Source of the DNA: an uncultured Candidatus Rokubacteria bacterium
GTDB lineage: Bacteria; Methylomirabilota; Methylomirabilia; Rokubacteriales; CSP1-6
Direction of reading: 5' to 3'
DNA length: 64,000 bases
Assembly: GCA_963747235.1 (NCBI GenBank)
Contig: CAVVEU010000027.1
Span: 29,689-93,688 of the forward strand
Shown piece after piece: positions 63,743 through 64,000 of this stretch. Position 1 is the stretch's first letter, and each line of letters opens with the position of its first letter. The position numbers and the translations under genes were made by a program. Below the pieces are notes generated by a model. The model was given only the letters and a program-made list of their open reading frames with translations, ran no database searches and was not told where the DNA came from.

Positions 63743-64000
63743 GAGCGCGCGCGGCGCGCGGGCGCTCGACTGACGTCGGCCAGGCGCGTGCGACCCAGCG
63801 CGACCTCGGAGGCCATCTCGATACCGCGCGCGGCGAGCGCCCGCGCGAACGGGATGGCGGTGGCTGGCCGCGCGGCGTCCCCGAGCGCGGCCGCGGTCTG
63901 TTCGGCTATCGCCGCCGGCTCGAGGCGTCCCGTCATGCGGAAGATCTCCGCCATCTCGCGTAGCCGCGCCGCCCAGCGCCGGCGTGCTGCGTCGGGGAGC
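63739..64000 (-). CDS. Partial hypothetical protein (5' end outside window)
   Basis: Open frame from the window edge; stop overlaps the peptidase start. Confidence 0.45.
   Translation of the reverse strand, partial: LPDAARRRWAARLREMAEIFRMTGRLEPAAIAEQTAAALGDAARPATAIPFARALAARGIEMASEVALGRTRLADVSRAPARRARS

Overview
This is a very GC-rich bacterial chromosomal segment. Gene content and the CCCTCTCCC-type palindromic repeats suggest a Ca. Rokubacteria/Methylomirabilota-like organism (inference only). Many conserved genes carry single-base frameshifts, most likely long-read assembly errors. In order, the window holds: clpP-clpX, rsmI, thiD-tatC-DEAD helicase; an internally deleted tyrosine-transposase (RAYT-like) remnant bounded by 27-bp inverted repeats; typA; a prx-trxB-tusA-dsrE operon; an oxidoreductase-selD fusion directly behind a three-subunit molybdenum hydroxylase; an interleaved tup/mod (W/Mo) uptake cluster with two ModE-like regulators and a recurring TATGCT-N6-AGCATA candidate operator; moaC; an adenylate cyclase/LysM-deacetylase/LysM-TPR/Pal operon; lhr; a flavin monooxygenase operon; tmk-holB-PSP1-metG-tatD; and an aromatic ring-cleavage operon. 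The main hidden signal is at 46.2-47.3 kb (minus strand). Two tandem genes that the ORF track splits, a peroxiredoxin (TxxU) and a TlpA-like redoxin (UxxC), each have an in-frame TGA at the catalytic Cys position followed by a SECIS-like hairpin. Both carry signal peptides, so they are a candidate exported selenoprotein redox pair.
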